Origin: an uncultured Dehalococcoidia bacterium
GTDB taxonomy: Bacteria > Chloroflexota > Dehalococcoidia > Lucifugimonadales > Australimonadaceae
Assembly (NCBI GenBank): GCA_937901475.1
Contig: CALGTL010000162.1
Span: forward strand, 64,948 to 128,947
Direction of reading: 5' to 3'
DNA length: 64,000 bases
Part shown: positions 1 through 8,169 of the stretch, one piece after another
Position numbering within the stretch: the stretch's first letter is position 1
Layout of the letters: every line of letters starts with the position of its first letter
Program-made: the position numbers and the translations under genes
Notes under the pieces: generated by a model
The model's input: the letters and a program-made list of their open reading frames with translations, nothing else
Database searches by the model: none
Told to the model about the DNA's origin: nothing

Positions 1-501
1 GATACTTCTCACCGACCGCAACCGGGTGCTCAGGTGAATACGAAGGCAGATCATCAAGAACATAATATTCATATCACCAGCGGAATCATTCTCGCCTGCC
101 TCTCCGGATTTTCCTTTGCGCTCGCCGGATTCGTCGCTAACGCCTTAGTGGATAACGGTCACCCTGGAGTTATCGTCGGTTTCTACGAAGGCCTCTTCGG
201 GCTCGCCCTTGTCCTCGTCGTTAACTTCCGGCAGATGCGCGGCAAATCCAAAACCCCGCGTAAAGCATGGCTTTGGATTGCACTTGCAGCAGCGGGCTTC
301 GCCATGGCCTTTGGCAGCTTCTACACTGCTCTAAGCAGTATCGATTACAGCGTCGGTTCCACCATTCTTGGCGCTGTTCCCATGGTCTCCTACGTCGTAG
401 CTCTCTTCGTCCTGCGAGGCACGGAGCAAATCACACCGCGAGCTCTACTCGGCGCCACGTTCGTCGTCGCTGGAGTCGGTATCATCGGGGTAGCAAACTA
501 A
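1..501 (+). CDS. DMT/EamA-family transporter, C-terminal half (5' end probably outside window)
   Basis: ORF 34..501 is strongly hydrophobic with about five TM stretches (GIILACLSGFSFALAGFVANALV, GLFGLALVLVVNF, LWIALAAAGFAMAFGSFYTAL, ILGAVPMVSYVVALFVL, LLGATFVVAGVGIIGV), the pattern of one EamA repeat. The same frame is open back to nt 1, so the GTG at 34 may be internal. Stop TAA 499-501 overlaps the purL ATG (TAATG). Confidence 0.5.
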   Translation, partial: DTSHRPQPGAQVNTKADHQEHNIHITSGIILACLSGFSFALAGFVANALVDNGHPGVIVGFYEGLFGLALVLVVNFRQMRGKSKTPRKAWLWIALAAAGFAMAFGSFYTALSSIDYSVGSTILGAVPMVSYVVALFVLRGTEQITPRALLGATFVVAGVGIIGVAN

Positions 502-2708
502 TGCCGGTCACACAAGCAACTCTTGAAACTATCGCCCTCACTAGGGCCGAGTACGACCTCATTTGTCAGAAGCTGAACCGTGAGCCTAACGAGGTCGAAC
601 TCGGCCTCTTCGGAGCGCTCTGGAGCGAGCACTGTGGCTACAAACACTCCAAACCCCTCCTCAGTCTGTTTCCTACTACCGGCGACTCCGTACAGGTGGA
701 AGCCGGGCAAGAGAACGCAGGAGTGGTCGACATCGGTGATGGCCTAAGCATCGTGTTCAAGGCTGAGTCTCACAACCATCCCTCAGCTGTGGAGCCCTAC
801 CAGGGCGCAGCAACCGGCGTGGGTGGCATAATCCGCGATATCCTCGCTATGGGCGCACGACCTATCGCCCTATTGAATTCACTGCGATTCGGCCCTCTTG
901 ATGACGCTCGCAATCGATTCCTCTTTGAAGGCGTCGTACGGGGTATCTCTGGCTACGGCAATTGCATCGGAATACCCGACGTTGGAGGCGAGGTCGCCTT
1001 CGCTGACGCATACTCCGGCAACCCGCTTGTCAACGCGATGTGCATCGGCCTCCTGCGCGACGGCGAACTCATGTCCGCTGCAGCCTCCACGCCTGGCAGC
1101 GTGCTGCTAACAGTAGGCTCAGCCACCGGTCGCGATGGTATCCACGGTGCTTCTGGTCTCGCATCTAGAACCTTTGGCGGCGGTGAAAACGATGCCGAGA
1201 TGCGCCCAACCGTTCAAGTAGGCGATCCATTTTTGGAAAAAGTACTTGTTGAAGCCTGCCTAGAAGCCGCCAAGAGCGGGCACCTAGAAGGCCTACAGGA
1301 CATGGGCGCTGCCGGCCTCACCAGCTCTGCGATTGAGTGCGCTGAGCGTGGTGGAACTGGCCTAGAGATAAATGTCGATGCCGTCCCTCGGCGTGAAGAA
1401 GGCATGACCGCCTATGATGTCATGCTCTCGGAATCTCAAGAGCGCATGCTATTGATTGTCAAAGAAGGCCACGAAGGCCACGTGTCAGAGATATTCGAAC
1501 GATGGGATCTCAGCGTTAGCAACATCGGTACCGTCACCGACGACGGAATCGCGCGCATCTTCGAGAACGGGAAATCCGTCGCAGCAGTCAGCGTCGAAAC
1601 GCTTGTAGCTGCGCCACGCTACCGCCCGGGCGGATCCCGCCCCAGCTACCTCGACTCTCTCCACGCACATCCCCTCCCACCGGAGCCCCATATCTCCATC
1701 GCAGCCCAGCTACTGGTGAATATGCTTGGCTCTCCCAACATCGCTTCACGGCGCTCGGTCTACCAGCAGTATGACCAAGAAGTGCAGACCAACACTCTCG
1801 TCAAGCCAGGAGCAGGTGATGCTGCAATCGTGCGTATACGCGGAACCAAGAAGGCCATCGCCATTGCCATTGACGGCAACGGGCGTTACACCTACCTAGA
1901 GCCTTACGCCGGTGGAGCGATGGCCGTCTCCGAAGCGTGTCGCAACGTCGTCTGCGCGGGTGGCACCCCACTCGCCATCACCGATTGCCTAAATTTCGGA
2001 GACCCCACCAAACCCGAAGTCTACTATCAGCTCGAAGAAGCAATTAAGGGCATGTCTGCCGCCTGCGAAGCCCTTGGAGTGCCCGTTATCAGTGGCAACG
2101 TATCACTGTTCAACGAATCAGCAGGCGAAGCCATCTATCCCACGCCTGTCGTCGGAGCAGTAGGTCTCCTAGACGACGCCACTACCATGCTTACCGCAGG
2201 ATTCAGCAACACAGGCGACTTTGTGCTTCTGTTGGGTGAACCCGCCACAGGCCTAGAAGGCAGTGAATATCTCGCTCATGAGTACGACCAAGTCTCGGGC
2301 CAGCCCTCCATCAACCTTGCAGCCGAAGTCAGCCTCCAGAAACTCGTGGTCGCGCTCGCCGATGACCGTCTTCTAGTTTCGGCCCACGATTGCGCCGATG
2401 GAGGCCTTGCCGTCGCCATCGCGGAGAGCTCCATCATCAGTGGCTACGGATTCTCAGGCGATGTTCCTAGCAACGATCGCTGGGATGCCGCTCTATTCGG
2501 CGAATCACCTTCGCGAATCATCGTAAGCTGCGCTCCAACAGATGCTGATGTAATTACCCGGCGCGCCGAAGCTCTCGGGGTACCTGCCGCACGATTGGGT
2601 ACGGTCGGCGGCAACCGTTTCACCATCTATGACGTCCTAGATCTCCCGCTCGTAGATCTGATCGACGCGCACACACACGGCCTTAATCGTGCTCTTGGGA
2701 TGGGCTAA
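501..2708 (+). CDS. purL: Phosphoribosylformylglycinamidine (FGAM) synthase subunit II
   Basis: From ATG 501: MPVTQATLETIALTRAEYDLICQKLNREPNEVELGLFGALWSEHCGYKHSK, then AESHNHPSAVEPYQGAATGVGGIIRDI and a duplicated AIR-synthase-like fold, typical of small PurL. The in-frame extension back to 267 overlaps the transporter gene and shows no PurL-like sequence. Confidence 0.93.
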   Translation: MPVTQATLETIALTRAEYDLICQKLNREPNEVELGLFGALWSEHCGYKHSKPLLSLFPTTGDSVQVEAGQENAGVVDIGDGLSIVFKAESHNHPSAVEPYQGAATGVGGIIRDILAMGARPIALLNSLRFGPLDDARNRFLFEGVVRGISGYGNCIGIPDVGGEVAFADAYSGNPLVNAMCIGLLRDGELMSAAASTPGSVLLTVGSATGRDGIHGASGLASRTFGGGENDAEMRPTVQVGDPFLEKVLVEACLEAAKSGHLEGLQDMGAAGLTSSAIECAERGGTGLEINVDAVPRREEGMTAYDVMLSESQERMLLIVKEGHEGHVSEIFERWDLSVSNIGTVTDDGIARIFENGKSVAAVSVETLVAAPRYRPGGSRPSYLDSLHAHPLPPEPHISIAAQLLVNMLGSPNIASRRSVYQQYDQEVQTNTLVKPGAGDAAIVRIRGTKKAIAIAIDGNGRYTYLEPYAGGAMAVSEACRNVVCAGGTPLAITDCLNFGDPTKPEVYYQLEEAIKGMSAACEALGVPVISGNVSLFNESAGEAIYPTPVVGAVGLLDDATTMLTAGFSNTGDFVLLLGEPATGLEGSEYLAHEYDQVSGQPSINLAAEVSLQKLVVALADDRLLVSAHDCADGGLAVAIAESSIISGYGFSGDVPSNDRWDAALFGESPSRIIVSCAPTDADVITRRAEALGVPAARLGTVGGNRFTIYDVLDLPLVDLIDAHTHGLNRALGMG

Positions 2709-2930
2709 TTCCACTTTTTACGCCATTTCAAGCAAAACTCAGCCATTCTCCACTTGCGGATTCGCCCCCATCATCCTGGATAATCTTGCAAAAGGGCTTG
2801 GATTTCCCGCGTGATGCAAAGTCATCTCCCGCTGGCGCGAGGGTTGGGTTATCATAGGTTCCGGCTTTTTGCCGTACCATCTATATTGCGCGCCACCGCG
2901 CGAAGCCCTATTCGGAGAGAGGCAGGAGTT

Positions 2931-3524
2931 ATGAAGGTCATCTTCCTAGAGGATGTTGCAGGCACCGCTGATGCTGGCGAGATCAAAGAAGTAAAGAACG
3001 GTTTTGCACGGAACTTCCTGCTACCGAAGCAACTGGCCGCTCCTGCTACTCAGGACCAGCTCCAGCGCCTCAAGGCCATTGAAAAGGCTGCGCAAACTAA
3101 CCGGATGAAGTTCTCTGAAGAATGGACTGCGGTGGCTAACGCCATGAACGGCATCAACGTCACCGTCGAAGTCCGGGTTGGCCCGAGTGGCCGCCTGTTT
3201 GGTGCTGTCACTGGGCGGCACATCGCTGAAAAGCTCACTGAAGCCACTGGTCGTGAGATCGACCATCGCCAAGTCCTGCTTGGCGAGGCAATCCACGAGC
3301 CTGGCGATTACCCGATTTCGATTCGCCTCTATCGTGAAGTTCACGCAGATGTGATTGTTTCCGTTATGCCTGAAGGCTACACGCCTGAAGAGGCAGCGGC
3401 CCTCGCAGCAGTTGCTGCCGCAGAACGCGCTTCCTTTGAGGCTGGCGAAGGCGGAGTTGCCGTTGACAACGACGCTCCCGTCGCCGAAGAAAAAGAAACT
3501 GAGGAAGAGACCGAAGAGGCCTAG
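2931..3524 (+). CDS. rplI: 50S ribosomal protein L9 with an acidic Ala/Glu-rich C-terminal extension
   Basis: MKVIFLEDVAGTADAGEIKEVKNGFARNFLLPKQLAAPAT is the canonical L9 N-terminus. ATG 2931 is preceded by GAGAGAGGCAGGAG. rplI-dnaB synteny is conserved. The tail ...EEKETEEETEEA extends beyond the usual ~150 aa. Confidence 0.9.
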   Translation: MKVIFLEDVAGTADAGEIKEVKNGFARNFLLPKQLAAPATQDQLQRLKAIEKAAQTNRMKFSEEWTAVANAMNGINVTVEVRVGPSGRLFGAVTGRHIAEKLTEATGREIDHRQVLLGEAIHEPGDYPISIRLYREVHADVIVSVMPEGYTPEEAAALAAVAAAERASFEAGEGGVAVDNDAPVAEEKETEEETEEA

Positions 3525-3559
3525 CACGCTAGACCCCGTAGCGGGGGCGGAACCAAGGC

Positions 3560-4927
3560 ATGTACGCAGATAAACTTCCCCCACATGATGCCGACGCGGA
3601 AGAAGCCGTCGTTGGATCTCTGCTTATTGATGGCGAGTCAATTAATAAAATTTCGCCATTGGTCAAAGCAGAGGACTTCTACCGCGAACGCAATCGGTGG
3701 TGCTACGAGGCGTGTCAGTCACTGTACCGCCGCGGCGAAAGCATTGACCAGATTTCCGTCGCCCGAGAACTCTCCCTACATGAACGCCTGAATGAGGTCG
3801 GCGGCCCCGCCTACCTCAGCCATATTGTTTCCTCCGTGCCCACCTCGGTACATATTGAGCACTTCGCCCGGATCGTCAACCAGACCGCCACCATGCGGCG
3901 GCTGATCCAAGTCGCTGGTGATATCGCGGCCATCGGCTATGCCGACTCTCCTGATGTCGAAGTCTCGATGCAGCAGGCGGAAGAATTGCTATTCCAAGTA
4001 CGCAACACGCACACCGTACGCGACTTCGTCACCATCCGTGAAGTCCTAGACCAATACCTCGAAGACACCGCAGGCCTCGACCCGATGGATCGTAGCGCAG
4101 CGCCAATCCCCACAGGCTTCGCAGATCTCGACAGCGCCCTTGGCCGCATGCAGCGAGGTGACCTGATCATCCTCGCCGCGCGTCCTGCCCTCGGTAAGTC
4201 CGCGCTCGCGATGAACATCGCCCGAAACGCCGCTGGCCAAGGTGCCGTAGCGGCCGTCTTTAGCCTAGAGATGAGCCGTGAGCAGCTAGCCCTCCGCCTA
4301 CTCTCCGCCGAAGCTGAAGTCGACAGCCACTTGCTACGCCTCGGTCTCCTCGGTGAAACTGCCACGCAACGCGTTATGACCTCTATTGGTGAGCTTTCTG
4401 ACCTGGGTATTTACATGGACGACTCGCCGCTGCAGACCGTCCTAGACATGCGGAGCAAAGTCCGGCGGCTCCATACCGATCGTGGCGTTGACCTGCTCAT
4501 CGTCGACTACCTCCAGCTAATTGCAGGCCGTTCAGACGGTCGAGGTGAGAATCGCGTCCAGGAATTGAGTGAAATTACTCGGCAACTCAAAGCGCTCGCT
4601 CGTGACCTCAACGTCCCTGTCATCGCTCTATCGCAACTGAGCCGTTCAATTGAGCAACGCCCCGACCATTACCCCCAGCTATCCGACCTCCGTGAGTCAG
4701 GGAGCATTGAGCAGGACGCCGACGTCGTCGCCTTCATCCATCGCGAAGACAAGTATTACACCGAAGACCAATGGGCGGAGCGCAATCCTACCGAGCAGTA
4801 CCCAGAAAACCTCGCGCAGATCATAATCGCAAAGAATCGCCACGGGCCTACCAGCAACATCCATCTTTATTTCCGCGGAAACTTTATGCGCTTCGAGAAT
4901 CTCGCTACCGAATTCACGGGCGTCTAG
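3560..4927 (+). CDS. dnaB: Replicative DNA helicase DnaB
   Basis: 455 aa. N-terminal DAEEAVVGSLLID, Walker A ARPALGKSALAMN, Walker B LIVDYLQLI, SQLSRSIEQR, IEQDADVV. Lies directly downstream of rplI. Confidence 0.93.
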   Translation: MYADKLPPHDADAEEAVVGSLLIDGESINKISPLVKAEDFYRERNRWCYEACQSLYRRGESIDQISVARELSLHERLNEVGGPAYLSHIVSSVPTSVHIEHFARIVNQTATMRRLIQVAGDIAAIGYADSPDVEVSMQQAEELLFQVRNTHTVRDFVTIREVLDQYLEDTAGLDPMDRSAAPIPTGFADLDSALGRMQRGDLIILAARPALGKSALAMNIARNAAGQGAVAAVFSLEMSREQLALRLLSAEAEVDSHLLRLGLLGETATQRVMTSIGELSDLGIYMDDSPLQTVLDMRSKVRRLHTDRGVDLLIVDYLQLIAGRSDGRGENRVQELSEITRQLKALARDLNVPVIALSQLSRSIEQRPDHYPQLSDLRESGSIEQDADVVAFIHREDKYYTEDQWAERNPTEQYPENLAQIIIAKNRHGPTSNIHLYFRGNFMRFENLATEFTGV

Positions 4928-4929
4928 CC

Positions 4930-5604
4930 ATGCCCATGTTTGACGGCTTCGCCAAGGGAACGAAGGCACTCCCTGTGCCTAGTCCCTTCCTCAGCTCCCT
5001 GCTAGCCGACATTGGCGATTTAGCTGAGCTCAAGTGCACGCTGCGCTTCCTATGGCACGCCGCGCAAGTCAGCGGCATGCCTAAATGGGTCGACAGTGCC
5101 TCGATCCTCTCAGATACCATCCTCGCGACTGCCATCGGCTCGCAGGGCGCCATCCGGCAAGCTCTCAACGACGCCGTTAGCCGAGGCACTCTGGTTGAAG
5201 CTCAGGGCTATTTCCTGCTAAACACGCCAGAGAACGCCCGAATAGCAGCCGAAACAAAGCCAGCCTTAATCAATAACATCACACCTGAGCCAGTCATCGC
5301 CCAACAATCGAATGTCTTCGGGCTCTATGAAGCCAATATTGGCCTTCTTACGCCCATGGTCGCCGATCAATTACGGGACGCCGAAGCAACGTATCCCGTA
5401 GAGTGGATTGAAGCCGCTATCAAAGAAGCGACCGAACGGAATGTCCGCAATTGGCGATATATTTCCACCATCCTTGAGCGATGGATGACCGACGGCCCCA
5501 ATACTGACAACGACCAAAGGACAAGCAAGCGTGGAGAGCCTGGGAGACATCCTCAAACGGCTTCAGCAGCAGAGTACCTCCGCACGAGAAGAACTGCCCG
5601 CTGA
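4930..5604 (+). CDS. DnaD-domain (replisome-organizer-like) protein
   Basis: ATG 4930 lies 2 nt after the dnaB stop. The C-terminal half NVFGLYEANIGLLTPMVADQLRDAEATYPVEWIEAAIKEATERNVRNWRYISTILERW matches the DnaD/phage replisome-organizer C-terminal domain pattern as I remember it. The N-terminal half is not recognised. Confidence 0.6.
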   Translation: MPMFDGFAKGTKALPVPSPFLSSLLADIGDLAELKCTLRFLWHAAQVSGMPKWVDSASILSDTILATAIGSQGAIRQALNDAVSRGTLVEAQGYFLLNTPENARIAAETKPALINNITPEPVIAQQSNVFGLYEANIGLLTPMVADQLRDAEATYPVEWIEAAIKEATERNVRNWRYISTILERWMTDGPNTDNDQRTSKRGEPGRHPQTASAAEYLRTRRTAR

Positions 5605-6931
5605 ATGGCTTGAGGCCGCAGATGCGACCTCTGATGACCCTATCTGCCCCACCTGCCGTGGGAGCGGATGGGTCCGGCACGACGTGCCTCCAACCCACTC
5701 CGAATTCGGGCGGGCTTTTTCCTGCGTCTGCCAACGCAACGCGGAGGATAGCCAAGTCCTTGCACGGCTCCATCGCTTCAGCAACATGGGCATGCTCGCG
5801 GGCGTCTCCTTTGAGAACAGCAAACCGGAAGGCCTCGCCACTAACGCTGAGGCCCGTGCTCGTTTCATCAGCGGGATTGCTGCTGCCCAGACCTACGCTG
5901 AAGACCCTCGCGGCCCGTTCCTCCTCGCAGGTGGCTCAGGCACAGGCAAAACCCACCTCGCCGCCGCAATAGCCAATCGGCTTATGGCTAGAGGCGAACC
6001 TGTTTTCTTCGCCTTTGTCCCCGACCTTCTTGACCACCTCCGCTCGTCCTACGGCCCGGAGCACGGTCTCACCTACGACGAACTCTTCGAGCAGGTCAAA
6101 AACATCCCTGTACTGGTACTTGACGACCTTGGGAATCACAGCGGTACTCCCTGGGCAGAGGAAAAGCTCTATCAAGTGCTCAATCACCGCTATCTCTCGG
6201 GCATGCCCACCATCATCACCACGGGTACGGCGGTTGATCGCCTCGATGCCCGCCTTCAGAGTCGCGTACTAGACCCACGGACCTCACATGTCATTGACCT
6301 TGGCGGAGGCACACGTACAGGCGTCACAGGTGTCGGAACCATTGAGCCAGAGCTCCTAAAACAGATGAACTTCGATTCCTTCGACGAAGCGGGCCGAGGC
6401 TCTGATACCCAAGGCCGCCAAACGCTCCAGGCGGCGATGGCTTTCGCCCGTGCATTTGCCCAGCAGCCTGAAGGCTGGTTAGTTCTCGTGGGTGACTCCG
6501 GCAGCGGCAAGACTCACCTCGCCATTGCCGTTGCGAACGAACGGCTTAGGCACGGTGAAGAGGTATTCTTTGCCTTCGTTCCTGATCTCCTAGATCACCT
6601 GCGATATACGTTCAGCCCCGACTCTCGCATCACCTACGATGAACTCTTTGACCGGATTAAGCAGACATCGCTTCTAATCCTTGACGACCTTGGCTCGCAA
6701 ACGTCATCAGCATGGGCCAATGAAAAGCTCTATCAAATTATCGTCCACCGCCATAACGCCAAACTATCGACCATCATCACCACGCGCGCGATCCCGACTG
6801 GTGCACAAGACCCTATCGCCTCGCGCCTGGCAGACGCGCGACTCGTCACCGTCGTACCCATCCTTGCGCCTGACTACCGCCAGCAAGGCAATGGAGGAAG
6901 CGGGCGCTCTAGAGACAAACGTTCGGGATGA
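5531..6931 (+). CDS. Helicase-loader-like protein with two tandem DnaC/DnaI/IstB-type AAA+ modules and an N-terminal CxxCxGxG zinc motif
   Basis: Two Walker A sites (GGSGTGKTHLAAAIAN from nt 5930; GDSGSGKTHLAIAVAN from nt 6491). Each is followed by FFAFVPDLLDHLR, TYDELF, Walker B L(V/I)LDDLG, EKLYQ and TIITT. N-terminus carries CPTCRGSGWV...FSCVCQ. GTG start 5531 overlaps the DnaD-like gene by 74 nt, so the start is uncertain. Confidence 0.75.
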   Translation: MESLGDILKRLQQQSTSAREELPAEWLEAADATSDDPICPTCRGSGWVRHDVPPTHSEFGRAFSCVCQRNAEDSQVLARLHRFSNMGMLAGVSFENSKPEGLATNAEARARFISGIAAAQTYAEDPRGPFLLAGGSGTGKTHLAAAIANRLMARGEPVFFAFVPDLLDHLRSSYGPEHGLTYDELFEQVKNIPVLVLDDLGNHSGTPWAEEKLYQVLNHRYLSGMPTIITTGTAVDRLDARLQSRVLDPRTSHVIDLGGGTRTGVTGVGTIEPELLKQMNFDSFDEAGRGSDTQGRQTLQAAMAFARAFAQQPEGWLVLVGDSGSGKTHLAIAVANERLRHGEEVFFAFVPDLLDHLRYTFSPDSRITYDELFDRIKQTSLLILDDLGSQTSSAWANEKLYQIIVHRHNAKLSTIITTRAIPTGAQDPIASRLADARLVTVVPILAPDYRQQGNGGSGRSRDKRSG

Positions 6932-7449
6932 CGGAAGCCTATTTCACCGACCCCGCTTTTTCGGATGACGGCTCGTGCGATTTCTGCGGCATCGTCTCTG
7001 GTCGCGAAGACCGGACTATCCGTTATGAAGACGACGACTTAATCGTGTTCAAAAACAAACTCACCTGGGTTCCTGTCATGCTCTTGGTCATACCCAAAAC
7101 CCATCTCACCCAAGCAGAATTCTGGTGTTCTCCTCTCTTCCCCAGAGCCGCCGCAATCGCGGTTGAGATTGCTCAAGAAGATGCGCCCGAAGGCTTCCGG
7201 TTTGTCTCTAACTTTGGAGAGCAGGCTGCCCAGACCCAGGCCCATGGTCATCTCCATCTTCTCGGCGGTGCCGAGATGGGCCTCTATATGGACTTCCCCC
7301 GGAAGGGCGACTATTGGCAAAGGAGATTCGGCTACACCGAATGGGACCCCGAGCACCAGCGTCGCCGCGAGGCCAAACAGAAAAAGCCTCAAGCGCAAAA
7401 TCCTAAATTGACTACACCCGAACCTCCAGCCAAGGAAGACATGCGGTGA
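6928..7449 (+). CDS. HIT-family (histidine triad) protein
   Basis: Histidine triad AHGHLHLLGG, CDFCGI N-terminal zinc-like motif, and a basic Pro-rich C-terminal tail. ATGA overlap with the preceding gene. Confidence 0.8.
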   Translation: MTEAYFTDPAFSDDGSCDFCGIVSGREDRTIRYEDDDLIVFKNKLTWVPVMLLVIPKTHLTQAEFWCSPLFPRAAAIAVEIAQEDAPEGFRFVSNFGEQAAQTQAHGHLHLLGGAEMGLYMDFPRKGDYWQRRFGYTEWDPEHQRRREAKQKKPQAQNPKLTTPEPPAKEDMR

Positions 7450-7823
7450 TAAACGTACTGCTAGTCGGCGCAGGAGGCTTCATCGGTGCCGTCGCACGCT
7501 ACGGCGTCATCGTCGGCGTGGGCAAACTCATCGGCCCTTCCTTCCCGTGGGGCGTACTCACTGCCAACATCGTTGGGTCCCTGATCATAGGCATGCTCGT
7601 AGCAATCGGGGAAAGCCGGCACGTCTTCAGCACCGAAGCGCGGCTATTTCTCTTCATCGGAGCGCTTGGCAGCTTCACGACCTTCTCATCCATTACTAAC
7701 GACACCATGGTGCTCATTCGGTCCTCCAATTACGGCGCAGCCTTTGGCAACGTTGCTATCTCCATCCTCCTCGGCCTCGCCGCCGTCGCCATCGGCTACG
7801 CCCTCACCAAAGCAGCGTCTTAA
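7446..7823 (+). CDS. crcB: Fluoride ion channel CrcB/FluC
   Basis: 125 aa, four TM segments. N-terminus LLVGAGGFIGAVARYGV and GALGSFTTFSS are typical CrcB motifs. GTGA overlap with the HIT gene. Confidence 0.85.
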   Translation: MINVLLVGAGGFIGAVARYGVIVGVGKLIGPSFPWGVLTANIVGSLIIGMLVAIGESRHVFSTEARLFLFIGALGSFTTFSSITNDTMVLIRSSNYGAAFGNVAISILLGLAAVAIGYALTKAAS

Positions 7824-8169
7824 CATTCCGTCCGCCGCATGGCTTAGCCCTGTCGCGAGGGATGCATCAAGTGCTTGCTACTCACCATTGATAGCAGCAC
7901 TGTTCTCGGTTCCTACCTACTGGCCCTCATCCGCTAAAGTTGAATGATGGGGGTACACACTCAGGCATCATTGGCATAATCCTAGGTACTGTGCCCTCCC
8001 TCATGTGGGACACATGACTTTCGCCTATCACTCTCAGCGGGATCGAAAGTCCGCTTACAACAGCGGCCAAAGGCAACAGCTGATGAGCTCCTCGCTAGTC
8101 ACCCTAATGGCCCCGCAACCGTCTACGTCGTAACATAGCCTTTGACCCAACTGACCGGAGCGACCGCAC

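Noticed and set aside
267-500. Tracked ORF 267..2708 suggests an 813-aa PurL with a 78-aa N-terminal extension.
   Set aside because: The extension is Arg/Ser/His-rich and is translated out of frame across the transporter gene. The canonical PurL N-terminus begins exactly at ATG 501, in a TAATG junction with the upstream stop.
2811-2930. 40-aa N-terminal extension of the L9 ORF.
   Set aside because: The canonical L9 start MKVIFLEDV lies at 2931 with a purine-rich SD. The extension has no L9 counterpart.
7300-7446. Fluoride (crcB-motif) riboswitch upstream of crcB.
   Set aside because: crcB overlaps the preceding HIT gene (GTGA). There is no intergenic space, and the upstream sequence is coding.
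7824-8169. T-box riboswitch upstream of leuS.
   Set aside because: I found no match to the conserved T-box sequence (…GGGTGGTACCGCG-like) and no recognisable specifier loop or terminator pair. The region is reported only as an unexplained long leader.
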